From: Myxococcota bacterium
Lineage (GTDB): Bacteria; Myxococcota_A; SURF-8
DNA length: 64,000 nucleotides
Reading direction: 5' to 3'
Assembly (NCBI GenBank): GCA_965140415.1
Contig: OZ223209.1
Span: forward strand, 3,136,001-3,200,000
Shown: positions 9,427 through 18,733 of the stretch, piece after piece
Layout: each line of letters opens with the position of its first letter
Position numbering within the stretch: the first letter of the stretch is position 1
The notes under the pieces: model-generated
Seen by the model: only the letters and a program-made list of their open reading frames with translations
Told to the model about the DNA's origin: nothing
Databases searched by the model: none
Position numbers and translations under genes: made by a program

Positions 9427-10665
9427 ATGCAACGGAAAACGATCATTTCTTTCGTTCTGTCGGTTTTGGCGATGGGTGTATTTGCTACCGCTGCCATGGC
9501 AGAGCCGGTTTCAGTGACAATCAATGGAACCAACACCTATGGTCGCATCAACCTTTTCGAGGATGGGACATACATCGGTCAGTTCAAAGCCTATGAGTTC
9601 GTAGCCCAAACGGATTCCAGCGATGCATTCACTGCATATTGTGCTGAATTGGGTGTTTACATCGATTTCTGGACGCCCTTCGACGGCGAAGCTCTGGCCA
9701 TGTCTCCGGAGGCTCCCTGGTGTCAGATCGCTTACATCTTGGGAAACTACGACGTGACCAACGATTTCAGCGGAAATGTCGTGCAACTGGCAATTTGGAA
9801 ACTGTTGGCCAATGGCGTCACCTTGACCACCGACAATACGGCAGTGGAAGATCAAGCCTTGTTGTTGCTGCAAGAGGCGGAAGGTCAATGCCCGATCATG
9901 TGTACGGGTTCTGTTGAAATGGAACTCTCGGTTGAAAAGCGATCCGACGGTCTGGGACAACTCAACTTGGATGTCACGCAAAACGGCCAACCGGTTGCCG
10001 GTCAAGAAGTGCGACTCAGCGCCTCCATTCCCGAGCTTTTCAGCGCAGGCAACAACGTGATGCTCAACGGTTTTCCGATGACGGACGAAAACGGTCATTT
10101 GGAAGTGGTTTTCGAAATTCCCGAAGGCTTCACCTCGTTTGATGTCACGGCGCGTGTAGATGGTCAGGAACTGGTTTACTTTGAACTGGGCGAATTTGTG
10201 CAGGATCTGGTCTCTCTGGAATATGGCGATGAATGTTCCTACTTCGCCACGGCTACATTCGAAGATAAGATCGTCGGATACGGTGATCCGCATACGATCG
10301 GATTCTGGAAGCATCAAACCAAAGCCAACTTACGTGGCCGCGGCAGAGTGCATGTCAGCGCAGAAACTCTGGAGAGCTGGCTACCGATTTCGGTTTTCGA
10401 TCTGGATGTGAACAGCCTGCAAGAGATGCACAACGCGCTGTGGCTCAAGAAAGCTACCATGTATCAGCGCGCTCAGCAGCAGTGTCTGGCTACCAAACTG
10501 AACGTGGCATACGGAGAGCTGTTCATGAACAGCTTCGTCGATACGGATGGTGACGGCCAGGCGGACAGCACCGTCAGCGAAGCGTTCGCAACGGCGGAAG
10601 ATGAATACTTCAACGGCGATCCTGAAGTCGCCAAGACGATCTGCGATACCATCAACAATCTCTAG
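9427..10665 (+). CDS. Secreted protein with Cys-Gln thioester domain (TED, class II-like) and C-terminal TIGFWK domain
   Basis: AGGAGG RBS, Sec signal (AAMA|E), FTAYCAEL, VVQLAIWKL, beta-rich insert, then VQDLV; C-terminal GDPHTIGFWKH...LATKLN and DTDGDGQAD. Confidence 0.7.
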   Translation: MQRKTIISFVLSVLAMGVFATAAMAEPVSVTINGTNTYGRINLFEDGTYIGQFKAYEFVAQTDSSDAFTAYCAELGVYIDFWTPFDGEALAMSPEAPWCQIAYILGNYDVTNDFSGNVVQLAIWKLLANGVTLTTDNTAVEDQALLLLQEAEGQCPIMCTGSVEMELSVEKRSDGLGQLNLDVTQNGQPVAGQEVRLSASIPELFSAGNNVMLNGFPMTDENGHLEVVFEIPEGFTSFDVTARVDGQELVYFELGEFVQDLVSLEYGDECSYFATATFEDKIVGYGDPHTIGFWKHQTKANLRGRGRVHVSAETLESWLPISVFDLDVNSLQEMHNALWLKKATMYQRAQQQCLATKLNVAYGELFMNSFVDTDGDGQADSTVSEAFATAEDEYFNGDPEVAKTICDTINNL

Positions 10666-10686
10666 TTCACATTTCCATCGTACTTT

Positions 10687-10711
10687 AAAGGGAGCTTCGG
10701 GCTCCCTTTTT
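10687..10711 (+). terminator. Rho-independent terminator
   Basis: AAAGGGAGC-ttcgg-GCTCCCTTTTT directly after the 10665 stop. Confidence 0.85.
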
Positions 10712-10927
10712 CAGTTTTATGCTTGAATCCTTTGCACTTTCCCCATGCAAAATGGTTCTTCTGGTTTTCATTTCCGGTTTTTACACGGATAACCTTGACA
10801 ATAACCGACTTTGATTCCAAGAATAGGGGTGAAAGCGATTGCCTGATTACACATGAACTGGTTTACGGAAGTCTATCTTGAATGCAGGCACATTCAAGTT
10901 TGACGTGTATAGCAGAAAGCGAACCGT

Positions 10928-12061
10928 ATGCGAAAAGCTTCACTTGTCTATTCCCACGAATTGGCTTCTTTTGACTATGGCGACAATCACCCCTTCAAAC
11001 CGATACGTGCCCATAATACAATTGAGCTGTGCAACCGCTACGGCCTATTAGATGGGATGCCGGATGAACAGGTTACTCCCATCTCGGCAGATCGGGCGAC
11101 CATGGAGTTGTTCCACACCTCCGACTATCTGGATCTGCTCAAGCGTTCCAGTGAAGGGGATTATGAGCTTGCCATGCTGGCCAGTGGAATCGGAGGAGAT
11201 GACTGTCCTCCCTTAAGAGGTGTGTATCCCTTCTCTGCTTTGTCTATTGGTGCAACGATGACCGGTGTTGACCTGTTGCTGGATGGCAAAGCCAAGCGGG
11301 CATTTAACCTCGTTGGTGGTTTTCATCATGGCGGACGCGATCATGCAGAGGGATTCTGCTACGTCAACGATGTCGGGGTGGCGATCGAGTATCTTCTGCA
11401 AAAAGGGAAACGAGTTGCGTTTGTCGACATCGATGCTCACCATGGTAATGGTGTGCAGGATGGATTCTACAACGACCCTCGTGTATTGACGATCTCTCTG
11501 CATCAGGTCGGAGAAAACTTCTATCCGCAAACGGGTTTCGAAAACGAAATCGGTGAAGGCGACGGCGTTGGCTACTGCATCAATGTTCCCCTGCTTGAAA
11601 AAACAGACGATCAAGTCTATTTAAATGCCTTTGGTGCGGTGGTGCCACGCGCATTAAAAGCGTTCGCTCCGGACATCGTCATCGCCGAGATCGGTGCGGA
11701 TACCATGATTTCCGATCCGTTAACCAGCTTGAGATTGACGACGAACGGGTATTACTCGGTAATGAAACGGCTGGTTCAGGAGTCTCCCCTGCTGTTGGCT
11801 GTGGGAGGTGGCGGATACGATATCTACCGAACATCCAAATGTTGGACCTTGGCTTGGGCGGCTATGACGGAAGAAGAGCCGGAAGACGACTACAGCGCCA
11901 TGGTCGGCGGGATGATGTACGGTGCGGAAATGGACAGTCTCTTTGATCGACCACTGCTGACACAAGGCGAAGACAAACGCAAAGCTGTTGCGTATGTCGA
12001 AAAAGTTGTGGCGTCTCTGGAAGAATCCGTCTTCCCGATTTTGGAGGCCAAACGTTCATGA
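10928..12061 (+). CDS. acuC: Zn-dependent protein deacetylase, AcuC / class I HDAC family
   Basis: HPFKPIR, GGFHHG, GFCYVND, DIDAHHGNGVQ, ISLH, GAD...DPL, GGGGY. Confidence 0.9.
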   Translation: MRKASLVYSHELASFDYGDNHPFKPIRAHNTIELCNRYGLLDGMPDEQVTPISADRATMELFHTSDYLDLLKRSSEGDYELAMLASGIGGDDCPPLRGVYPFSALSIGATMTGVDLLLDGKAKRAFNLVGGFHHGGRDHAEGFCYVNDVGVAIEYLLQKGKRVAFVDIDAHHGNGVQDGFYNDPRVLTISLHQVGENFYPQTGFENEIGEGDGVGYCINVPLLEKTDDQVYLNAFGAVVPRALKAFAPDIVIAEIGADTMISDPLTSLRLTTNGYYSVMKRLVQESPLLLAVGGGGYDIYRTSKCWTLAWAAMTEEEPEDDYSAMVGGMMYGAEMDSLFDRPLLTQGEDKRKAVAYVEKVVASLEESVFPILEAKRS

Positions 12062-14046
12062 TTCACTTCGGGGATCTAAAGGTCAAAACCAAACTGGCAG
12101 TAACGTTTTCCGTCGTCCTGATTCCGTTGCTGTTGACAATCGGGCTGGTCATTTACATCTTTTACAGCAGTCTAAAAGAATCCAGCGATCTTGAATTAAC
12201 AAATATTGTCAACCACTTGTATCGACTATGTGAAGTTCACGATCAGCAGATTTCCGAGTCTGGAGGCAATGCAGACTCTCCTAGAAAGTTATCTCGTAAA
12301 GAGATATCGGATCTAAGCAAGGTCATAGCGACTTTCAAAGTGGGGCTTACCGGTTATCCATATGTAATGGACAGCAAAGGGACACTGATCATCCACCCGG
12401 AAAAGGCGGGTGAGAACATTATCGATAGTCGGGACAGCAAAGGCTTTGCGTTTATTCGGGAAATTTGCAATCAAGCGGTTCACCTGGACTCGCATGATGT
12501 GGGCACGATTCGCTATCCTTGGAGAAATACTCCAAGCGAATCCGTAGCGCCTAGAATGAAAGTGCTGAAATTCAAATATTTCAAAGAATGGGACTGGATT
12601 ATCGCCGCCGGTAGTTACGAAATGGAAATCTATTCCGGCTTGGGGCGTATCAAGTGGCTTGTCATTCTGTTCATGACTATTACGGTGGGCTTGGTCGCCC
12701 TGTTGACGTATATGCTCGGACACTACATCACAAGTCCATTAAGCCAGATTACAAAAGCCACCAGTATGATGGCTAACGGAGAAGATCCTCCACCTATCGT
12801 TCTCACTCGGCGCAAAGACGAACTTGCCAAACTGGTCGGCGCGTTCAACCATATGGCGGACCAGATCAACGAAAAGACCGAAGATCTTGAACGAATGGTT
12901 GAAAAGCGAACGGAAGAACTGTGGGAGTCGCGAGAAACGTACCGCAGTTTGGTGGAAAGCACCATTGACGGCATTATCATGGCGGACAACAAGGGAACCA
13001 TCAAGTTCATCAATGCCGGAATGGAAAAAATGATCGGTGTGCCGCGTATGGCGGTGATCGGCCAGAAGATCTGGGATTTGTATCCGACCGGAATCGAACA
13101 GGCCAAAGAGATCATGCGCCGCCTGAAGGAAAGGGGCAACATCACCAATTACGAAATGGAGTTGTTGACCACTTCAGGCAATGTGATTCCCATTCGAACG
13201 AGCGCGTCACTGTTGCGTGACCGATTTGGAAAAGAGCAAGGCAGCCTGGGAATCTTTTCAGATATGACCTCGGAAAAGCATCTGCAAAGCGAATTGAAAA
13301 AGGCGCAGACACAACTCTTCCAGATCATGAAAATCCGGGCGCTGGGCGATCTGGTATCCGGTGTTGCCCATGAAATCAACAATCCGTTGATGGCGGCCTC
13401 TACCATGTTGTACGTCATGAACAACGAAAAATGCCTGCAAGACTGCCCCAATAAAAGTCGACTTGATGTAATCAAGCGCTGCCACGACAGGATCGCGTCG
13501 ATTGTCAACCATCTGCGGGAATTCTCCCGACAGACCGACTTCACCATGCAGGAAATGAACGTCAATGAGTCAATCGAAAACGCGCTCCTGATCACCACGC
13601 AACAACTGTTGAATCTACAGATTAATATCGAAAAGGATCTGGAACCGGATCTGCCTTTAATTCAAGGTGACTTCAACAGGCTGGAACAGGTTTTCCTGGA
13701 TCTTATCGCCAATTCCAGAGATGCCATGAGCGAACGAGAGCAGGAGAATCGTACTCTCTTCGTCCGTACACGTAAAACCGAGTTGGATGGGCAAGCGGCA
13801 ATCGCCATCGAGATTGGCGACAATGGTCCCGGTATCCCGGAGGAGATTTTAACTAAAATCTTCGATCCGTTTTTCACAACCAAGGAAGTTGGAAAAGGAA
13901 CCGGATTGGGGCTTCCAATCTGCTTCGGCATTATAGAAGAACATGGCGGGCGCATTGAAGGCGCCAATCGTCCCGATGGAGGAGCGGTCTTTACCGTCAC
14001 CCTCCCCCTTACTCACGAATCTACCAAAACGTCAAAGGGAGCATAG
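12058..14046 (+). CDS. Sensor histidine kinase (TM-Cache-TM-HAMP-PAS-HisKA-HATPase)
   Basis: GYPYVMDSKGTLIIHP Cache motif, HAMP 'DELAKLVGAFNHM', PAS, H-box GVAHEINNPL, DNGPGI, FFTTKEVGKGTGLGL; ATGA overlap with acuC. Confidence 0.93.
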   Translation: MIHFGDLKVKTKLAVTFSVVLIPLLLTIGLVIYIFYSSLKESSDLELTNIVNHLYRLCEVHDQQISESGGNADSPRKLSRKEISDLSKVIATFKVGLTGYPYVMDSKGTLIIHPEKAGENIIDSRDSKGFAFIREICNQAVHLDSHDVGTIRYPWRNTPSESVAPRMKVLKFKYFKEWDWIIAAGSYEMEIYSGLGRIKWLVILFMTITVGLVALLTYMLGHYITSPLSQITKATSMMANGEDPPPIVLTRRKDELAKLVGAFNHMADQINEKTEDLERMVEKRTEELWESRETYRSLVESTIDGIIMADNKGTIKFINAGMEKMIGVPRMAVIGQKIWDLYPTGIEQAKEIMRRLKERGNITNYEMELLTTSGNVIPIRTSASLLRDRFGKEQGSLGIFSDMTSEKHLQSELKKAQTQLFQIMKIRALGDLVSGVAHEINNPLMAASTMLYVMNNEKCLQDCPNKSRLDVIKRCHDRIASIVNHLREFSRQTDFTMQEMNVNESIENALLITTQQLLNLQINIEKDLEPDLPLIQGDFNRLEQVFLDLIANSRDAMSEREQENRTLFVRTRKTELDGQAAIAIEIGDNGPGIPEEILTKIFDPFFTTKEVGKGTGLGLPICFGIIEEHGGRIEGANRPDGGAVFTVTLPLTHESTKTSKGA

Positions 14047-14048
14047 CC

Positions 14049-14426
14049 GTGACACATCGAATTCTTGTTATTGACGACGACGAACTGGTCTTGATTTCCA
14101 TGGAGGAACTGCTCAAAGCAAGCGGTTTCGACGTTGTTATGGCACATAACGGACAAGAGGGTCTCACTCTTGCAGAGCAGAGCACATTTGATATTGTCGT
14201 AACCGACATGATTATGCCTGGTATCTCCGGGCTGGATGTTGTCCGCTCCTTGCGGAAAATGGAAAAATATCAAAGTACCCCCATTGTAATGCTTACGGCA
14301 AAAAGCGAAAGCAAAGACCGTGAAAACGGAAAAGAAGCCGGGGTCGATGAGTTCCTTGGCAAGCCCATGGATCCTTTCAAGCTTCTGGAGATTATCAAGG
14401 AAATATCGGGCAAGTTGTCATCGTAA
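14049..14426 (+). CDS. Single-domain response regulator (REC)
   Basis: ILVIDDD, TDMIMPGISG, MLTA, FLGKP. Confidence 0.93.
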   Translation: MTHRILVIDDDELVLISMEELLKASGFDVVMAHNGQEGLTLAEQSTFDIVVTDMIMPGISGLDVVRSLRKMEKYQSTPIVMLTAKSESKDRENGKEAGVDEFLGKPMDPFKLLEIIKEISGKLSS

Positions 14427-14633
14427 ACGAACTGGCTTGTGGCCTCCATGAAAAGCCAGGTTAAACACTCATAATGTGATTTGTATTGAGCGAGTCCGAT
14501 TTTTTCTTTTCAAATCCCGCTCAGTAACGGTAGTCTAAGAAACGATTTTCATAGAAACATCGGGTGAGACGATCACGGTTGAGTAGTACCGTCACCTAGT
14601 CTGACCGTTTTATCCTTTTGCAACGGGAAAGGA

Positions 14634-16382
14634 ATGGTTTTCATGATTCAGGTTGAAAAGCGCAATGGAGTTCCTCAATGTGATTTGAAACTTTACGACG
14701 AACACTACCATGACCGGCATATCCTGCATGCCCTGGTTTCCAAGTGGGCAAAGGAAAAACCGGATGAAATTGCCTTCATCAATGCGGACACCAAGGATCA
14801 AATCAGTTGGGCTCGTTTCGAGCAAACGACCACTGCCCTTGCGCTGAAATTGATCGATCTGGGATTTACTCGCGGGGATTATTTCGCCACTTCCCTTCCC
14901 TTGCTTACAGAACATGTCTTTTTGGAATACGCCTGCTTCAAAATCGGCGTAATTTTCGTCCCGTTGGATCTACGTTTGAAAGGCCCGGAAGTAATCCGTT
15001 CGCTTTCATTGGTTCGCCCCAAAGGTTTTGGATTTCTTGGAAATACTCCACATGCGGATTTCAGAGAACTCGGCAAGGCGGTGCAGGCCAATTGCCCCTT
15101 CGTCGAACACCTGATTCAATTCTCCGCACCGGAGGAAACCATCGAGGGTGCAACCAATGCCTTCGTTCTTGCTGCCGAAGCCAAAGCGCTGGCTGAAAAT
15201 GCCATGAAAGATCCGGGAACTTCTCCGCAACTCAAAACGATGATGGAGTTGGGTTCGCAGATACAGGAAAACGACGGCTGCCTGGTCATTTTTACAACCG
15301 GTTCGACAGGCTATCCCAAACCGGCGCTGCTTAGCCATCGCAACATCACCTGCCAGAACATGTGCCTGTCACATGCATTCGATATCGATAGCGGAGACCG
15401 TATGCTGGTCAACCTGCCGCCGTCTCATGTGGGCTGTCAGACGGAACAGATGATGACCGTTTTCTTCTCTGGCGGAACGGCTGTGATTCTGCACATTTTC
15501 GACCCGGAAAAAACATTGCAGGCCATCCAGGATTACAACGTCACCTGCTTCGGTCAGATTCCTGCCCTGTTTAACCTGGAATGGCGCCTGCCGAACTATG
15601 GTGAATACAACCTGTCGAGTTTGAAGTTCGCCTTGTATGGCGGTCAGCAGGTCAGTCGACAGTTCCTCGAAAAACTCAGCAGCATGTCTCCCTGTTTCGG
15701 TACGGGCTTGGGACTGACGGAAACCGGCGGATTCTGCACCTTCTCGCCTTTGGATGGAACCGTAGATGACATCCTGGCGGGAGTCGGCTACGACATGCCT
15801 GTCTATCCGATTTCCATCCGAGATGAAATCAAAAGTAACGGTGAAGCCGGTGCTGAAAAGGCAACAGGTGAAATCGGCAGTATTTGTTTTTCAGGACCGC
15901 AAACTTTCATCGGTTATGTCAACGATCCGGAATCGACGGCAAAAACCATTTCCACGGACGGCTACTTGTACACCGGCGACTTGGGTTTTGTAGATGAGAC
16001 CGGGCTACATTTTGCCGGTCGCGAGAAACACGTAATAAAACCCAAGGGATATCAGGTGTTCCCGGCTCAAGTCGAAGACCATTTCTGTGAATTGAAGGAG
16101 AAAGTCGCCCAGGCCGGAGCGGTGGGCGTCACTCATGAAATTTTTAGTGAAGGGATCGTTTGCTTTGTAGAAAAGAAGCCGGAAATCGAATTGACGAAGG
16201 AAGAACTTGTCGCCCACGCCAAAGGGTTGGCTGCATATATGCGCCCGTTGCATTACGTTATAATCGAATCCGGGGAATTTCCTTTAAATCGAGTTTCAAA
16301 AACGGATTACGTGCTTCTAAAGCAAATGGCCGAGGAACAGGTCGCACAGCTTCGCAAAGCAGGTGGCTGGGACGCAGAATAG
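14634..16382 (+). CDS. AMP-forming acyl-CoA synthetase (class I adenylate-forming enzyme)
   Basis: FTTGSTGYPK P-loop, GLTET, YLYTGDLG, C-terminal PLNRVSK lysine motif. Confidence 0.9.
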   Translation: MVFMIQVEKRNGVPQCDLKLYDEHYHDRHILHALVSKWAKEKPDEIAFINADTKDQISWARFEQTTTALALKLIDLGFTRGDYFATSLPLLTEHVFLEYACFKIGVIFVPLDLRLKGPEVIRSLSLVRPKGFGFLGNTPHADFRELGKAVQANCPFVEHLIQFSAPEETIEGATNAFVLAAEAKALAENAMKDPGTSPQLKTMMELGSQIQENDGCLVIFTTGSTGYPKPALLSHRNITCQNMCLSHAFDIDSGDRMLVNLPPSHVGCQTEQMMTVFFSGGTAVILHIFDPEKTLQAIQDYNVTCFGQIPALFNLEWRLPNYGEYNLSSLKFALYGGQQVSRQFLEKLSSMSPCFGTGLGLTETGGFCTFSPLDGTVDDILAGVGYDMPVYPISIRDEIKSNGEAGAEKATGEIGSICFSGPQTFIGYVNDPESTAKTISTDGYLYTGDLGFVDETGLHFAGREKHVIKPKGYQVFPAQVEDHFCELKEKVAQAGAVGVTHEIFSEGIVCFVEKKPEIELTKEELVAHAKGLAAYMRPLHYVIIESGEFPLNRVSKTDYVLLKQMAEEQVAQLRKAGGWDAE

Positions 16383-16391
16383 CTTATAAAA

Positions 16392-17261
16392 ATGCAACTG
16401 GATTCCAAGATTGTCGGAACGCCGATTAAAGGGCTTCGCAAAACGGTTGATTGGCGGGAAACGACTTCCTACGCGGCCGGGGTGGGAGACGAAAACCCTC
16501 GCTATCTGGATGATACGATTCCGGATGGCTTGGTTGCCCCTCCCCTGTTTGCGGTCGCGCTTAGCTGGCCGATTGTAACGGATCTCGCCAATCAGTTGGG
16601 AGATGCAATCCCACCGGAAACCTTGACCGGCATGGTGCACAAAAGCGAACGGCTTGTGTTTCACCGTCCAATCCGTCCAGGAGATACCGTCACCCTATCC
16701 GGCCAGGTGTCGGCGATTTCTCCTCACCGGGCGGGTACGTACATCGCGTTGCAATTGCAGGCCAGTAATCAACAGCAGCAGCCACTATTCACGGAAACGA
16801 TGGGTGCCCTGCTTCGAGGCGTTTCTTGTCTTGGGAAAGAGCGTTTCATGCCGAATTTTGCTCCAATAAAGACCCCTGACTTTTCGGAATCTCCTTCGTG
16901 GGAAAATGAATGGCAAATCCCACGAACGTTGCCGTTCGTGTACGACGCTTGCAGTGACATCACCTTTCCAATCCATACCTCGAAAGGCTTTGCAAAAGCC
17001 GTTGGCTTGCCGGACATTCTGCTTCAGGGGACGGCCACTCTTGCGCTTTGCAGCAAGGAGCTGATTGACAAACTAGGTAAGGGACAACCGGAAAACTTAC
17101 TGGAAATCAGTTGTGAATTCAAACAGATGATTGTTCCTGGTGGCTCAATTGCATTTCAGGCGATTGTCACGCATGATACCCAGAAGAAAAAAACGATTGC
17201 ATTTAAAGTGCTGAATTCTCAGCATCAAATCGCCCTGCTTGGCCAGGCGATAATGATGTAA
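16392..17261 (+). CDS. MaoC-like double hot-dog (R)-enoyl-CoA hydratase/dehydratase
   Basis: YAAGVGDENPRY, FHRPIRPGD, 'YDACSDITFPIHTS..FAKAVGLPDILLQG' hydratase-2-like motif. Confidence 0.8.
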   Translation: MQLDSKIVGTPIKGLRKTVDWRETTSYAAGVGDENPRYLDDTIPDGLVAPPLFAVALSWPIVTDLANQLGDAIPPETLTGMVHKSERLVFHRPIRPGDTVTLSGQVSAISPHRAGTYIALQLQASNQQQQPLFTETMGALLRGVSCLGKERFMPNFAPIKTPDFSESPSWENEWQIPRTLPFVYDACSDITFPIHTSKGFAKAVGLPDILLQGTATLALCSKELIDKLGKGQPENLLEISCEFKQMIVPGGSIAFQAIVTHDTQKKKTIAFKVLNSQHQIALLGQAIMM

Positions 17262-17345
17262 AATTTGGGTTGGAATATTCGCTGCCCTGTATGGGTTATT
17301 TACTTGTAGTCCGATAATAGGATCGAGTTAAATATAGCGAAAGCA

Positions 17346-17374
17346 TTGACCGCATTCCCGCTTTTTGCTAGTCT
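17346..17374 (+). promoter_or_regulatory. Sigma70-like promoter for exbBD
   Basis: TTGACC-N17-TAGTCT with extended -10 TG. Confidence 0.5.
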
Positions 17375-17461
17375 TTCGCGTCGTATACGCATTTCTACTC
17401 GATACCGAGGGGGTAGAACTCGAATCCTCGGCTGAGTGGCATAGAAACCTAGAGGTATAAA

Positions 17462-18112
17462 ATGGTTGAGCGCTTATTGAGTATTGCCCTTGTTGGCGGA
17501 GAACCGATCCTATACATTCTCATTTTCATGAGTTTCCTTTCCATTGCGGTTGTAATCGAACGCCTGGTATTTTACATCCGAAACCAAATCGATTTGGCAG
17601 ATTTTTCCAGCCGGTTGATTGACCTTCTGAATACGAAAGGCTCAAAAGCAGCCTTGGAACTGGCGGAGAGCACAAGAGGCGTCGAGGCCTCGGTTGCCCG
17701 TGAAGGTTTGCAGAACTTCGACAAGGGCGAAAAAGTCATGACGGAGTTGATGGAATCGATGGCGCTGAAACAGCAACTGAACCTGGATCGCTGGTTGACG
17801 ATTTTAGGCACGGTCGGTTCCAATGCACCATTTATCGGATTGTTGGGAACGGTTCTGGGAATTATCAAAGCCTTTCACGATCTGGCCTTCGATACGCAAG
17901 GAGGACCTTCCGTCGTAATGGCGGGTATAGCCGAAGCATTGGTGGCGACCGCCGTCGGTCTGCTGGTTGCGATTCCGGCAGTCATCTTTTTCAACTATTT
18001 CAAGAATCGCCAAAAGCGCATTATGGGCAACGCTGCTCAGATACAGCGTGTGTTGCTTGCATTCGTCGCCGAAACGAATCATTCCGGTGCTGCAAATTCG
18101 GACAAGCAGTAG
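17462..18112 (+). CDS. MotA/TolQ/ExbB proton channel protein
   Basis: LGTVGSNAPFIGLLGTVLGII, GIAEALVATAVGLLVAIPA. Confidence 0.93.
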   Translation: MVERLLSIALVGGEPILYILIFMSFLSIAVVIERLVFYIRNQIDLADFSSRLIDLLNTKGSKAALELAESTRGVEASVAREGLQNFDKGEKVMTELMESMALKQQLNLDRWLTILGTVGSNAPFIGLLGTVLGIIKAFHDLAFDTQGGPSVVMAGIAEALVATAVGLLVAIPAVIFFNYFKNRQKRIMGNAAQIQRVLLAFVAETNHSGAANSDKQ

Positions 18113-18121
18113 GAGTCGGGC

Positions 18122-18649
18122 ATGGCAGGCGGTATTCAAAATCAGGACGACATCCTCTCGGAAATCAACGTTGTTCCTTTGGTCGACATCGTTCTGGTGC
18201 TGTTGATTATCTTCATGGTGACGGCGCAGTTCATCGTCAAACCGGCAATCGATATGGAACTGCCCAAAGCCGACACAGGAGAGCGCAAGGAACGGAACCA
18301 GTTTTCTTTGCTGCTGGGTAAAGATGGCTCTATTGCGATCGGTGAACGCAAAATCGAACAGGATGATGTCCGCGATGAATTTCAGCGTCTCTTCGATAAT
18401 TTCATCACCGAGAGAAAAACGAATTTGGAAGAAACAGGAGCCGTTCCTACTAACTCCCAGTTGGAAGACATGGCCAGAAATGAATTGACGATGGTCATTC
18501 AGGCCGATACGGAAGTCACACATGGTCGTGTTATTTATTTTATCGACGTTGCCCGGCAGATTGGAATCTTGAAATACGCCTTCAATGTGGACCCGGAAGC
18601 GGCAAAAGAAGAAGCCGCCCGGTCCGCAGATCCGGATAAAGAAAACTGA
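18122..18649 (+). CDS. ExbD/TolR family biopolymer transport protein
   Basis: EINVVPLVDIVLVLLIIFMVT, LPKA, IQADTEVTHGRV. Confidence 0.92.
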   Translation: MAGGIQNQDDILSEINVVPLVDIVLVLLIIFMVTAQFIVKPAIDMELPKADTGERKERNQFSLLLGKDGSIAIGERKIEQDDVRDEFQRLFDNFITERKTNLEETGAVPTNSQLEDMARNELTMVIQADTEVTHGRVIYFIDVARQIGILKYAFNVDPEAAKEEAARSADPDKEN

Positions 18650-18733
18650 TACCCACGATTTTTCCGCACATCTTGTTATCGATGCTTTCTGTAACGATAT
18701 TAGATCGATGCGCAACGCAATGAAAGGGTTCCC

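Noticed and set aside
9511-10317. 268-aa minus-strand ORF, and similar long antisense ORFs (17804-18715, 25842-26669, 38316-38987, 41174-41833, 53898-54524)
   Set aside because: They lie opposite well-supported genes and have no recognisable motifs; expected from codon bias
17404-17431. Hairpin CCGAGG...CCTCGG upstream of exbB as a cobalamin riboswitch
   Set aside because: The leader is too short and lacks the B12 box
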